From contig CAXXKJ010000002.1 in the NCBI GenBank assembly GCA_963675295.2, forward strand, positions 1,408,001-1,472,000: 64,000 nt of DNA, in the 5' to 3' direction. A program made the position numbers and the translations under genes. Source of the stretch: a bacterium. Lineage in GTDB: Bacteria > Electryoneota > Electryoneia > Electryoneales > Electryoneaceae. Shown here piece by piece: positions 27,385 through 37,401 of this stretch; position 1 is the stretch's first letter; each line of letters opens with the position of its first letter. A model generated the notes under the pieces. The model was not told the DNA's origin. It did no database searches and saw only the letters and a list, made by a program, of their open reading frames with translations.

Positions 27385-27510
27385 GCTCTCGCAAGGTTCA
27401 GATAGTCATTTTGGAATATTGCATAGCAGCGATAAAATTCGTAAAAACAAGCTTCACCAGTCTCATGAAAATTCCGATCTAAGAACCACTCAGGCTTGGC
27501 GACTGGCTTC

Positions 27511-28479
27511 ATGCCGACAACCAGCTCACAGCGTACTCTGTTTAACCTGCCGATCAGTGGGCTGGTCCATCTGCTGATCGTGTACATCGTCTGGGGCAGC
27601 ACGTTCCTCGCGATTCGCATTGCGGTGATGGAGGGCGCTGGCTGGGACCCGTACTCGATGGCGGGCTCGCGGTTGTTGATCGCTGGTGTGTTGCTGCTTC
27701 TGTTTGCGAAACTTCGTGGTCAGCGGATCCTGCCGAAACGGAACGAGTGGTGGCGGCTGACGTTGTACGCCCTGTTCATCTGGGTGATCGGGCATGGGAT
27801 CGTGGTCTGGGCGGAGGAGGTTGTCCCGTCCGGGCAGGCGGCGTTGATTGTTGGTTCGGTGCCGATCTGGGGCGCGATGTTCGAAGCGTTCGCGGACAGA
27901 CGGCGGCCTACCGCCGGGATGATTCTCGGACTGGCATTGGGGTTCGTCGGATTGATCCTGCTGCTCGATCCGATCACGTTGTTCCGTGAACAGAGCGTGT
28001 CGCCACGTCTGGCGGTGGTCGTTCTCGGAACGCTGAGCTGGTCGGGCGGGGTTGTCTACCAGGCGCGGAAACGGGTCGGGCTCAGTTCGACTGCGAGTTC
28101 CGGCTGGCAGCAGCTGCTGGCGACGGTTGGGTTTGCGGTCTTGTTCGTGACGCTGGAAAACGAAATGCCCACGCCAACCGTGGAAGCGTGGCTGGCATGG
28201 GCTTATTTGCTTGTGTTCGGCTCACTGATCGCGTTTACGAGCTACGTGATCATGGTCAAGGTGCTGCCGACCTCGATTGTGCTGACTCACTCGTATGTCA
28301 ATCCTGCAGTCGCGGTGTTCCTCGGCTGGTTCTTCCTCAGCGAGGAAATCAACCCGCGTGTCCTGCTCGGTGCGGCGTTGATCCTGACCGGTGTCGGCAT
28401 CGTCTTCGCGGCGAAACAGCGCTGGAAGGCGCGTCCGGTCACCCGGGTACCGCTCGGTCGTGATCAACTGCCGGGGTAG
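27511..28479 (+). CDS. EamA/DMT-family membrane transporter (YedA-like)
   Basis: About 10 hydrophobic segments; VYIVWGSTFLAIR, YLLVFGSLIAF, YVNPAVAVFLG. Confidence 0.92.
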   Translation: MPTTSSQRTLFNLPISGLVHLLIVYIVWGSTFLAIRIAVMEGAGWDPYSMAGSRLLIAGVLLLLFAKLRGQRILPKRNEWWRLTLYALFIWVIGHGIVVWAEEVVPSGQAALIVGSVPIWGAMFEAFADRRRPTAGMILGLALGFVGLILLLDPITLFREQSVSPRLAVVVLGTLSWSGGVVYQARKRVGLSSTASSGWQQLLATVGFAVLFVTLENEMPTPTVEAWLAWAYLLVFGSLIAFTSYVIMVKVLPTSIVLTHSYVNPAVAVFLGWFFLSEEINPRVLLGAALILTGVGIVFAAKQRWKARPVTRVPLGRDQLPG

Positions 28480-31400
28480 AACTCACCGCTGCGTCGCTGT
28501 ACCTCACTCCAGTACTTCCGCATTGCCTCTTCCTGCCGCTCGAGATAGGCCTGCATCCGTGCCTGGAACTCTGCCATCACCTGTTGAGGATCGGCGTCCG
28601 GCGGAAAATCGGGCACCGTCGGCGGTTCGTTCAGTTCCGGCGCCTGTGCAGCTTGTTCCTGCATCGGCTGCGGTTCGGGCGATTTTCCGTTGGTGTGCAT
28701 CAGTTTCGCCGGTACTTTCTTCTGCTTGGTCTCCAGGTTCAGCAATGGCTGCGCGCCGAAGTGGCCAATCTCCTTGTTCATCGGCCGGGCGTTTCCACCA
28801 TTGACAAACCAGGTCGTCGGACGCAGCGGCGCGGGCTTGGTCGTTTCGACGAGGTTGTCGAGGTCGACCAGCTTGACGTCGCGGCGGTCGTAGATGAACG
28901 GCAGATTGAAATCGACGCCCCAGCCAAACAAGCGTCCGAGCCCGAGCAGGAAGCCGGCGAGTCCGCCGCCTTCACCGTCCAGAGACACCGCCCAGTATGG
29001 TTTGCGGGCGATCAGGATGTTGTCGCAGAGGTTGGTCAGCAGGGAACGCGGTCCGAGTTCGACGAACACGCGCACACCGTCATCGTACATCTTCCGCACC
29101 GTGTTCACCCAGTCCACAGGAACAGTCAGGTGGCAGGCGAAGCGATCCTTCAATTCCTCGTCATCCGAGGTGTCGATGACGGTTCCGCGCTGAGCGTTGT
29201 AGGTGCGCACGTCGGTATCGAGATGGATCTTGATATCCTTGCAGATCTCGCGCAGTTCCGGCCGCAGCACGTGATACTGCGTGCAGTGGTACGCGCCGGT
29301 CAGCTGAATCTTGTAGGTCTGCAGGTCGCGATGTTCCGGATTTTTGCGGAACGCGATCACGTCCTCCATCGCCCCGCCGACAACGGTCTGGTTGGTTGCG
29401 TTGTAGTTGGCGAGGTTCAGGGTCGGGTACTGGTACGCCAATGAGAGAGCGTGGACCTGGTCGAGGCCGATCGCCAGCAGCTGAGTATCGTGCTCGAGGG
29501 TGAACTCGTGCATCCGCTCCATGCGGCGATCAAAGAAATCGACCCAATCCTTCAGCGAGTAGTGGCCCGCGTAATAGTAGGACGCCGGTTCGCCGAGCGA
29601 ATGGCCGGTGGCGAACTTGACGTTCAGGTTCATCCCTCGCATCAGGTCGATCATGCCCGCCTGGAAACAGGCCAGCGCCAATCCAGACAGCCGCGGGTTG
29701 AGAAACGGCTTGTTGAGGATTTCGTCATCGTTGCCGGTAAACAGGGAGGCCGGATAGATGAGATCGCTGTACTTGTTGCCGTGACGGCCATCGAGAACCT
29801 GGTTCACCTGGTTGATGATGGCTTCCAACTCCGGCATCACTGACACCATCTCGGCGTGCTGGCCAACGTACTGCGATCCCTGCCCTGGGAAGAGGAAACC
29901 GACGGTTTCGCCCTTGGCTTCAAGCTCATCCGTGATACGGATGTTGTTGTCCAGCGGCCAAGTCGCTTCGCCTCGCAGATGCGGCAAAGCGTGGTCGAGG
30001 GACTTTCGCAGATGCTTCAGGTCGCGGGCGACAATGACCAGCGTCGCGGGCAATTCCTTGTGGTTCCACGCCCGTTTGAGCATGCTGTAGGCGAGATCGC
30101 AGAGGCGCGGCTCGGCACCGTCGTCCAGGTCGGAAATCAGTTTTTCCGCCTGACGGATCAGCTCTTCGCGATTATCGCCCTTGAGCAGGAACAGCTCTGC
30201 GCTCCACTCGGTGTCGGCGGCGACCCGTTTACGCTGCTCGTCGGGAACTTCCTCGAGGACAACGTGGAAGTTTGTCCCGCCGAATCCGAACGCACTGACA
30301 CCTGCGCGACGGGGCACATCGTTACGGCGCACCCACGGTTGCGGATTTTCGATCAGGTAGACCGGCGAATCCTTGTCGGTGATGATGTCGAGCGGCTGGT
30401 CGACGCCCATCTGCGGCGGCAGCGTCTTGTGATGCAGCGCGAGGCTGGATTCGATCAGGCTGGCGATTCCAGCCGAGCCTTTCAGGTGGCCGACTTGTGC
30501 CTTGACGGAACACACCGCGACGGACTTTGGTGCGGCGTTGTTCTCCTGCAATGTCTCGACGATCGCAGCGACTTCGGCGTTATCACCGGCGACGGTGCCG
30601 GTTCCGTGCGCGGCGATCAGGCCAACGGTCGAAATGGAGAACCCGGCGCGTTTGTACGCACGTTTCAGTGCACGTTTCTGTCCCGGCGGGTAGGGCGTAA
30701 ACAGGCTTTTCGCCTTGCCGTCGCTGGAACTGCCCCAGCCTTTGATCACGGCGTAGATGCGATCGTCGTCACGGACGGCGTCTTCGTAGCGTTTCAGCGC
30801 CACCATACCGACGCCTTCGCCGATGACGATTCCGTCCGCCTTCTTGTCGAACGGAATCGACCGTCCGGTCGGCGACAGGGCTTGTGTGCGTGCGAGGCTG
30901 AAATAGGCGTACGGTCCCTGGTGGGTGTCGGTTCCGCCGGCGAGGACGAAATTCGCGTCCCCGGAAACGAGTTCCTGGCAGCCCTGGGCGACGGAGGCCA
31001 GCGAGGACGCGCACGCCGCGTCAATGACCTGGTTCGTGCCGCCAAAATCGAACCGGTTGGTGATCCGTCCCGCGACGACATTCTGCAATGCGCCGACGAA
31101 GCTTGTTTCAGTCCAATCTGGCAGACGTTCGAGCACGTCCGGCGGGACATCGTGCAGCAACTGCGCCAGTTCACTGCGCGCGGCGAGGCGTTGCCCCATC
31201 TCGGCCATGCCCATGGTGTAGCCGATGAAGACGGATGTGTTTTCCTTGTCGAGGCCACGCTCGAGCGCGCCGGAATCTTCCAGCGTCTGACGGGCGACGT
31301 CAAGGGTGATAAGTTGTGCCGGCTCAACGGAGTTCACCGTTGAGGGCGGGATGCCGTATGTCAATGGATCAAAAGGGACATCAGGGATGAAGCCGCCCCA

Positions 31401-31595
31401 TTTGGCGTAGAGTTCGTCCTTGGATGTGCGATCATCATTGAAAAACAGCCGCCAGTCCCAGCGATCTCGAGGGATTTCAGTGATCGCGGGAATCTTGCGT
31501 AACACATTCAGCCAGTACTCGCGGGTTGTGGTAGCACCGGGAAAGACGGACGCCATGCCCACAATCGCGATGTCTGCACTGCTACGTTCTGACAT
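28464..31595 (-). CDS. Type I PKS-like ketosynthase-acyltransferase didomain protein (PfaA-like KS), no ACP/KR
   Basis: DIAIVGM, DAACASS, HGTGT, GHLK, SAFGFGGTNFH (KS); FPGQGSQY, GHSLGE (AT); GGAGG RBS. Confidence 0.92.
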   Translation of the reverse strand: MSERSSADIAIVGMASVFPGATTTREYWLNVLRKIPAITEIPRDRWDWRLFFNDDRTSKDELYAKWGGFIPDVPFDPLTYGIPPSTVNSVEPAQLITLDVARQTLEDSGALERGLDKENTSVFIGYTMGMAEMGQRLAARSELAQLLHDVPPDVLERLPDWTETSFVGALQNVVAGRITNRFDFGGTNQVIDAACASSLASVAQGCQELVSGDANFVLAGGTDTHQGPYAYFSLARTQALSPTGRSIPFDKKADGIVIGEGVGMVALKRYEDAVRDDDRIYAVIKGWGSSSDGKAKSLFTPYPPGQKRALKRAYKRAGFSISTVGLIAAHGTGTVAGDNAEVAAIVETLQENNAAPKSVAVCSVKAQVGHLKGSAGIASLIESSLALHHKTLPPQMGVDQPLDIITDKDSPVYLIENPQPWVRRNDVPRRAGVSAFGFGGTNFHVVLEEVPDEQRKRVAADTEWSAELFLLKGDNREELIRQAEKLISDLDDGAEPRLCDLAYSMLKRAWNHKELPATLVIVARDLKHLRKSLDHALPHLRGEATWPLDNNIRITDELEAKGETVGFLFPGQGSQYVGQHAEMVSVMPELEAIINQVNQVLDGRHGNKYSDLIYPASLFTGNDDEILNKPFLNPRLSGLALACFQAGMIDLMRGMNLNVKFATGHSLGEPASYYYAGHYSLKDWVDFFDRRMERMHEFTLEHDTQLLAIGLDQVHALSLAYQYPTLNLANYNATNQTVVGGAMEDVIAFRKNPEHRDLQTYKIQLTGAYHCTQYHVLRPELREICKDIKIHLDTDVRTYNAQRGTVIDTSDDEELKDRFACHLTVPVDWVNTVRKMYDDGVRVFVELGPRSLLTNLCDNILIARKPYWAVSLDGEGGGLAGFLLGLGRLFGWGVDFNLPFIYDRRDVKLVDLDNLVETTKPAPLRPTTWFVNGGNARPMNKEIGHFGAQPLLNLETKQKKVPAKLMHTNGKSPEPQPMQEQAAQAPELNEPPTVPDFPPDADPQQVMAEFQARMQAYLERQEEAMRKYWSEVQRRSGEFYPGS

Positions 31596-31780
31596 TAACC
31601 CCATTCCTCCGAAAACAGACGGACTGCATAGCTGGTCGAACGGCCAAGAAAATAAGGTAGCTTCCCCAGTTCGCAAACGCGAGTGACGTGCCTCACGGTT
31701 GCCGAGTCAGTTCGGAGTTCTCATTCCGGAAAATGCCGAATTATTTTGGGGTTACGTCGTTACTTTTGCGGAAATCCGTA

Positions 31781-32416
31781 TTATTTAGTGTGGTCGTTAC
31801 GAACGAATACAAACCCCGGATCTCGCGGTCCCCAGATAAGCTGATCTTCTTCATCCCAAGCCTGATCCTTGATGTTGAGTGTGTCCGCGGTCAGTGACCA
31901 CGAGCTGGTCGTGTAGGAAGCGCCAGCCTGTTCCATCTCCTCGATGTCAATGATCCCGTGCAGTCCGCCGCTGAAGCAGCGTCCGCCCGTGGCGCGGAGT
32001 CGCAGCCGCGCCGACATGCTTGGCCGCAGCCTCAGGGATTCCACCTCCGGCACTCTGGATGACGGCAAAAGGTTCTTGAGATCCGCGCGTTGTGAGCTGT
32101 CAGCTGGGGAGAACGCCTGCCCGATGAAGAAGCCGTCGCTTTCGGCAACGATCCGCAGCACCAGCAGCCAGTTGAGATGCACTCCTTCGCCGGAGGACGA
32201 TTGCCGCATCGCCAGCCACAGTTCGTCCGGATTTTCGGCAGGCAGGCGGAAGATGGTCAGGTCAACGGGTGTCCCGGTTGAATCGATGGCGGTGAAGTGG
32301 CCAGTCAGGATGTCGTGCAGGCCGTTCAGGTCCGGGTTCAACGGAGCGGATCGGTCGCATGCGTTCAGCACGAATAACAAGCCCAGGACAACGGGAAACA
32401 GTAGCAGGCGTTGCAT
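31781..32416 (-). CDS. Lipoprotein, divergent CpcT/CpeT-like beta-barrel
   Basis: Lipobox LNA-C; C-terminal GASYTTS...D.AWD...IWG...F.F.R resembles the CpcT family tail. Confidence 0.6.
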   Translation of the reverse strand: MQRLLLFPVVLGLLFVLNACDRSAPLNPDLNGLHDILTGHFTAIDSTGTPVDLTIFRLPAENPDELWLAMRQSSSGEGVHLNWLLVLRIVAESDGFFIGQAFSPADSSQRADLKNLLPSSRVPEVESLRLRPSMSARLRLRATGGRCFSGGLHGIIDIEEMEQAGASYTTSSWSLTADTLNIKDQAWDEEDQLIWGPRDPGFVFVRNDHTK

Positions 32417-32653
32417 GAATCCTCCAGCTTGACGACATGAGTATGGCGGAAATGAACAGGCTCCGGATTTGAGTTTCATGACCTGGATCATTGGATCTCG
32501 AGAGCCGGAAAACCCCTGCGAACCGCCATACAGATGGCGGGTCACAGGGGCATGACAAGAGGGTCGTAGATACACGTCGAAGTTCCAGCTCCGTGATACC
32601 CGACTTGGACAAAACCACCAAGTCGGGCCACACGGATCAGCCAGAGCCTGGAA

Positions 32654-34660
32654 CTACTTCATCAGCATGACCTTGACGGTTTCATTCATCTGGCCCGGGA
32701 CCAGCGCGCGGATGAAGTAGACGCCGCTGCTGAGGTCGCTGCCGTCGAAGCTGAGGTTGAAGCTGCCAGCCGCGAAACGATCATTCGCGAGTTCGGCAAC
32801 CTGCTGGCCCATCACGTTGAACACGGCGACGTTCAGGTCGGCGGCTTCCGGCAGGCGGATGTCGATGGTGGTCGTCGGGTTGAACGGGTTCGGGTAGACG
32901 CTGGTGATCGCGAATTCATTCGGCATGGATGCCGTGGCGATCGCTGTTTCCGGCGCGTCGAAACCGGTGACGGTCCATTCGCCAGCCTGCTGGGCGGCGG
33001 TGGTCAGCACGGTGAAGTTGAAGACGCTTTCGTTGACAACGTCGAAGCCCATTTCGCCCATGCGGACGTAGTAGGTGTACTCGCCGATCGGGGCATTGCC
33101 CGGAAGTAGCTGCACCGGATTCAGGTTGATGCAGGCGTCGGCGGCGATCACGATGTCGTGGATCTCGCGGATGCCTTCGATCATGGCGCCGTTCGGCAGC
33201 TCGACATCGATCCACAGGTCGGTGACATAGTCCATACCGGTGCCGTTGAAGATGTCGAGATCATAGCGGAAGCTGCCCGGGGCGTTGACGAACAGGTCCT
33301 GCTTTTCCGGCGTGACGATCATCGCCGGGGAACCGTTCCAGAGGTTGATGACGGCCTGGCCGATTTCGACGTTGTCGATGTAGTTGCCACGGACCATGTC
33401 GTGTTCATCGGCGAAGGCGGTGAAGATGTCCGCGCAGGCGCCCTTAACGTAGAAGTTGATCAGCATGTTGGTGTGGTTGCCGCTGTAGTAATGGAACTCG
33501 GGCATGTTGCCGACACCATTGTCGACGATCGGGTTGAAGATCGCCGGCGAACCGGAGTTCGGGCCCCACATGTTGCCGGTTTCATGGTCGCCGGTGACGA
33601 TCAGCAGCGTCTCATCCCAGCTGCTGTTGGCGTTGACCCAGTCCATGACGGTCTGGAACGCGTTGTCGAAGTCAACTTCTTCCTCGATCATGCGACCGAG
33701 AACATTGCCGTGACCGGCCCAGTCGACCGCGCCGCCTTCGATCATCAGGAAGAAGCCGTCTTCATCGTTGTCGAGCACGTTCAGCGCGCCGGCGACCATC
33801 TGCTGCAGGCTCGGAACGGTTTCGATGAACGGTACGGCGTACGGCGGCTCGGTGCTGTTGCCACCCGGGTTGTTGGCACGGTTGTACTGCAGGGTCTTGT
33901 AAACCTGCGGGATGCCGAGCACGCGGTCCGGGGTTTCGCCGGTGGCGAGGTCGATGAACGCCTGCTTGTCTTCGACGAGCGTCCACGGGTAGTCACCGCC
34001 CGCGGTACCGTTGGCGATCAGATCCCATTCCGCTTCGCCGCCGATGTAGTTGTAGTTGCTGGAAGACGGCTGGTCGCGGTAGACGCCGTTGTCATCGTAG
34101 AACGGATGGCCGCAGCCCATGATGACTTCGCACGCGCTCTCCTCAAGCATTTCAACTGCGATTTCCGCGTAGTTGTTGCGGGAGGCGTTGTGCGCGACGA
34201 ACGCAGCCGGGGTGGCGTGGCTGAACTCAACCGAGCTGACGACGCCGGTCGCCTTGCCGAGGGCTTCGGCGTAGTCGATGCTGTGAGTCAGGGCCTGGCC
34301 CATCGGGTCGACGCCAATCGAGCCACCGTAGCTTTTGCAGCCGGTGGACATGGCGGTGGCAGCCGCGGCGGAGTCGGTGTAACGGGTCATCTGCCAGTTG
34401 AAATCGCTCCAGCAGTCGGCATCCTTGTAGTACCAGGTGTCATTGAGGTCTTCGTACCACATGTAGGTGGACATGCCGAGCTCGGTCCAGTCGTCGCCGA
34501 GGTACGCCGGGGCGTTGCCGGTGTAGTATTCGGTGGCGCGGACGAGGTTGTACGACCAACCGTCCGAAATCATCACGACCACGTTCTTCACTTCCGCCTG
34601 CGCTCCGAAGGCGAACATCAGCGAAAGCAACATCACCAACACGATCACACTGCGCTTCAT
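32654..34660 (-). CDS. Secreted alkaline phosphatase with Ig-like module and C-terminal sorting domain
   Basis: Signal peptide; ISDG, TDSAAAATA (Ser nucleophile), HATPA, EGGAVDWAGH, GDHETG; YPNPFNP CTD. Confidence 0.93.
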   Translation of the reverse strand: MKRSVIVLVMLLSLMFAFGAQAEVKNVVVMISDGWSYNLVRATEYYTGNAPAYLGDDWTELGMSTYMWYEDLNDTWYYKDADCWSDFNWQMTRYTDSAAAATAMSTGCKSYGGSIGVDPMGQALTHSIDYAEALGKATGVVSSVEFSHATPAAFVAHNASRNNYAEIAVEMLEESACEVIMGCGHPFYDDNGVYRDQPSSSNYNYIGGEAEWDLIANGTAGGDYPWTLVEDKQAFIDLATGETPDRVLGIPQVYKTLQYNRANNPGGNSTEPPYAVPFIETVPSLQQMVAGALNVLDNDEDGFFLMIEGGAVDWAGHGNVLGRMIEEEVDFDNAFQTVMDWVNANSSWDETLLIVTGDHETGNMWGPNSGSPAIFNPIVDNGVGNMPEFHYYSGNHTNMLINFYVKGACADIFTAFADEHDMVRGNYIDNVEIGQAVINLWNGSPAMIVTPEKQDLFVNAPGSFRYDLDIFNGTGMDYVTDLWIDVELPNGAMIEGIREIHDIVIAADACINLNPVQLLPGNAPIGEYTYYVRMGEMGFDVVNESVFNFTVLTTAAQQAGEWTVTGFDAPETAIATASMPNEFAITSVYPNPFNPTTTIDIRLPEAADLNVAVFNVMGQQVAELANDRFAAGSFNLSFDGSDLSSGVYFIRALVPGQMNETVKVMLMK

Positions 34661-35316
34661 GGGTACCTCCCCCTGGAAACGGGCTCCCTGCCCTTGGATG
34701 GATCAACAACACGGGGGTGCTGTTGAGTGAAAAGAATCACAAATCGGTGAAGCGTGTTCACAACGAATTGTTGCCGGGAAGGTGATCTGAGAGTGTTAGG
34801 CGGTGGTGGAGACGGTATGAATGCTCACAGAGAATTTCTAACACGAAGTATTAGGATAACATTTACTAATATTATGTTTTCATATGCGAAAAAGGTCATA
34901 AACCTGATATATGAAGAAATACGGGACTCATCAGATGATCAAACATCAAGATTACACTCGCAGGGTGCGGATTCAATGCGGGTTCAGTTCAGGTACCATT
35001 AGAGGCGATAATCGTGTTAGTGGCGTTTTGGGGAGGAGAATCGGGGGCTGTGGCAGACAGGATGCCGGACCGCTCCGGGCGGGGTGTGGATCAATGCAAA
35101 TCGCTCGTGGTTGAGTTGCCTGTTCGCGGTGCATCACCTACTTTAAAGGCTCTGTTCCGGCGCGGAAAATAAGCCGTTTTGAGGGGTCGTGCCTTGGGTG
35201 TAAACTCACGCAACGCAAGGCGGTGCGCGGGCCGGACGTCCAGTCACGGATGGACAGTTCCTTTCTACGATTTCATGGTTACGATAGCAGTGGACAAAGG
35301 CGAAGGAGGCTTTCTG

Positions 35317-37401
35317 GTGAAGTCCATGTACAGGCCACCGTTCGGTCTTGCTCTGCTCGGGTTGCTGGTCGTGCTGTTGATCAGCCTGCCGGCGAGCGCG
35401 CAAATGGAGCCGGACCGTCCCACCCCACCCGGCGAACCTGATCCGGTGACCGTGTTTACACGGGTTGCTGATGCGGGTACGGCGGAGGATTACGACCACG
35501 ATTACATCATCGTAGTCGATCATTCGATCAGCCGCGTGATGGACACCGGCGTGACCTACGTCGACCTCTACACCGTGTACAAGGTGTTGACGGAGGACGG
35601 CGTGCAGGCGCTGAGTGCGCTGGATTGGCATTACGATCCGCGCAGCAGCTTCGTCAAGGTCAACGAAGTGAACATCATCCGTGACGGCGAACGCATCCCG
35701 GTGAGCGTCGACCTGGTGCAGGATCTGCCTGCTCCGCAGAGTGCGATTTACTGGAGCGACCGGATCAAGAACCTGCAGTTGCCGCGGCTGAAGGTTGGCG
35801 ACGGCATCGAGGTTGTCGCGCAGCGCAAGGGCTACAACTACGCGTTGCTCGATGATGCGGCGGGGGAAGCATCCCGCATGGGCAATGCGGCGGAAGACAT
35901 CCGCAGCGTGGATGACAACAAGTACATCCCGCCGATGGCCGGGCACTACTTCGATATCGTGGTGATGCAGGCCGATGTCCCGATGGTGGAGAAGAAGTAT
36001 GAGCTGATTCTGCCGAAGGATAAGTTCCTGCAGAGCCAGATTTACAACGCCCCGGCGTACATGAAGACGCACTACGACGCAGACCATATCACGTATACGT
36101 GGTGGGCGCTTGACATCCCCGCGAATCCGCACGAGCCCCGTCAGCCGGGCGAGTGGGATGTGTCGCCGAAGATTGTGATGACCACGGCGGAGAGCTGGGA
36201 ACAGAAGTCGCAGTGGTTCTTCGATGTCAACAAGAACCAGTTCGAGGTTACGGACGACATCCAGGCGCAGGTCGACCAGATCCTTAAGGACGCGGGCCTC
36301 AACGACAAGTCCGATCCGATGGACAAGGCAAAGGCGATCAACCACTGGGTCGCGCAGAACATCCGGTATTCGGGCCAGACGATGGGCGAGGGTGAGGGCT
36401 TCACGTTGCATCCGTCCGACGTGCTGTACGAGTATCGTTCCGGTGTCTGCAAGGACATCGCGTCGATGTCGATCACTTTCCTGCGTGCGGCCGGGCTGGA
36501 CACGTATCCGGCGATGACAATGGCTGGCGCGACGATTGAGGACATTCCGGCTGACCAGTTCAACCACTGCGTGGTCGCGTGGGAGAAAGAACCGGGCCAG
36601 TTTGTCATGCTCGACCCGACCTGGGTGCCGTACAACAACGACATCTGGTCGAAGCTGGAGACCGAGCAGCAGTACGTAATCGGTCATCCGGACGGTGTTG
36701 ACCATCTTGGCGAGATCCGTTACAGCCCGCCTGAGGAATCGCCGCTGTATGCGAACAACGAAGCGACGCTGAGCGAGGATGGCACGCTCTCGGGCACGCT
36801 GTACCTCAAGGGCAGCGGCGCGCTGGACAGCCGTCTCCGCCGCATCTGCTACAATAGCCAGAAGCGCGCGTTGGACGATGTCTTCGCCGGTGTGTTCGCG
36901 CATGCGAGCGAAGCGGTGGTGATCAAGGACGTCGAGCACCGCGGCCTGATGGACTTCAGCGGTGACATGTGGATCAACATCGAGTACGAAATTCCGGGCT
37001 ACGCGATGATGGTGGATGGTGGCCTTGAATTCACGCCGATGGTTGCGAACGCGGTCAAGGATCACGGTTACCTGTTCCGTGCCGGTGCGATTTCCTGGCC
37101 GGAGGATCGTGAGAACGACGTCTTCCTGTATTACACCCAGCGTCTCGACCTGACCGAGACCATCAAGTTGCCGGGCGGATACGAGCTGGCCAATGATGTG
37201 AACGTGGAAGCGGTGGACGAAACGTTCGCCAGCTTCGAGCAGGATACGAAGATGGACGGCCGCAAGCTGGTGCTGCATTCACGGACTGAAGTGAAGCGCC
37301 GCCAGTTCCCGCCGTCCGGGTATGCCGGGTTCATCAAAGCGATCGACCAGTTGGATGACTATGCCGGCAGCGTTGTTCGTGTGACGAAGGGAGGTGCGTG
37401 A
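35317..37401 (+). CDS. Secreted DUF3857 + transglutaminase-like protein (intact triad)
   Basis: Signal peptide; WV..NIRY, GVCKD, FNHC, LDPT; AGGAGG RBS. Confidence 0.85.
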   Translation: MKSMYRPPFGLALLGLLVVLLISLPASAQMEPDRPTPPGEPDPVTVFTRVADAGTAEDYDHDYIIVVDHSISRVMDTGVTYVDLYTVYKVLTEDGVQALSALDWHYDPRSSFVKVNEVNIIRDGERIPVSVDLVQDLPAPQSAIYWSDRIKNLQLPRLKVGDGIEVVAQRKGYNYALLDDAAGEASRMGNAAEDIRSVDDNKYIPPMAGHYFDIVVMQADVPMVEKKYELILPKDKFLQSQIYNAPAYMKTHYDADHITYTWWALDIPANPHEPRQPGEWDVSPKIVMTTAESWEQKSQWFFDVNKNQFEVTDDIQAQVDQILKDAGLNDKSDPMDKAKAINHWVAQNIRYSGQTMGEGEGFTLHPSDVLYEYRSGVCKDIASMSITFLRAAGLDTYPAMTMAGATIEDIPADQFNHCVVAWEKEPGQFVMLDPTWVPYNNDIWSKLETEQQYVIGHPDGVDHLGEIRYSPPEESPLYANNEATLSEDGTLSGTLYLKGSGALDSRLRRICYNSQKRALDDVFAGVFAHASEAVVIKDVEHRGLMDFSGDMWINIEYEIPGYAMMVDGGLEFTPMVANAVKDHGYLFRAGAISWPEDRENDVFLYYTQRLDLTETIKLPGGYELANDVNVEAVDETFASFEQDTKMDGRKLVLHSRTEVKRRQFPPSGYAGFIKAIDQLDDYAGSVVRVTKGGA

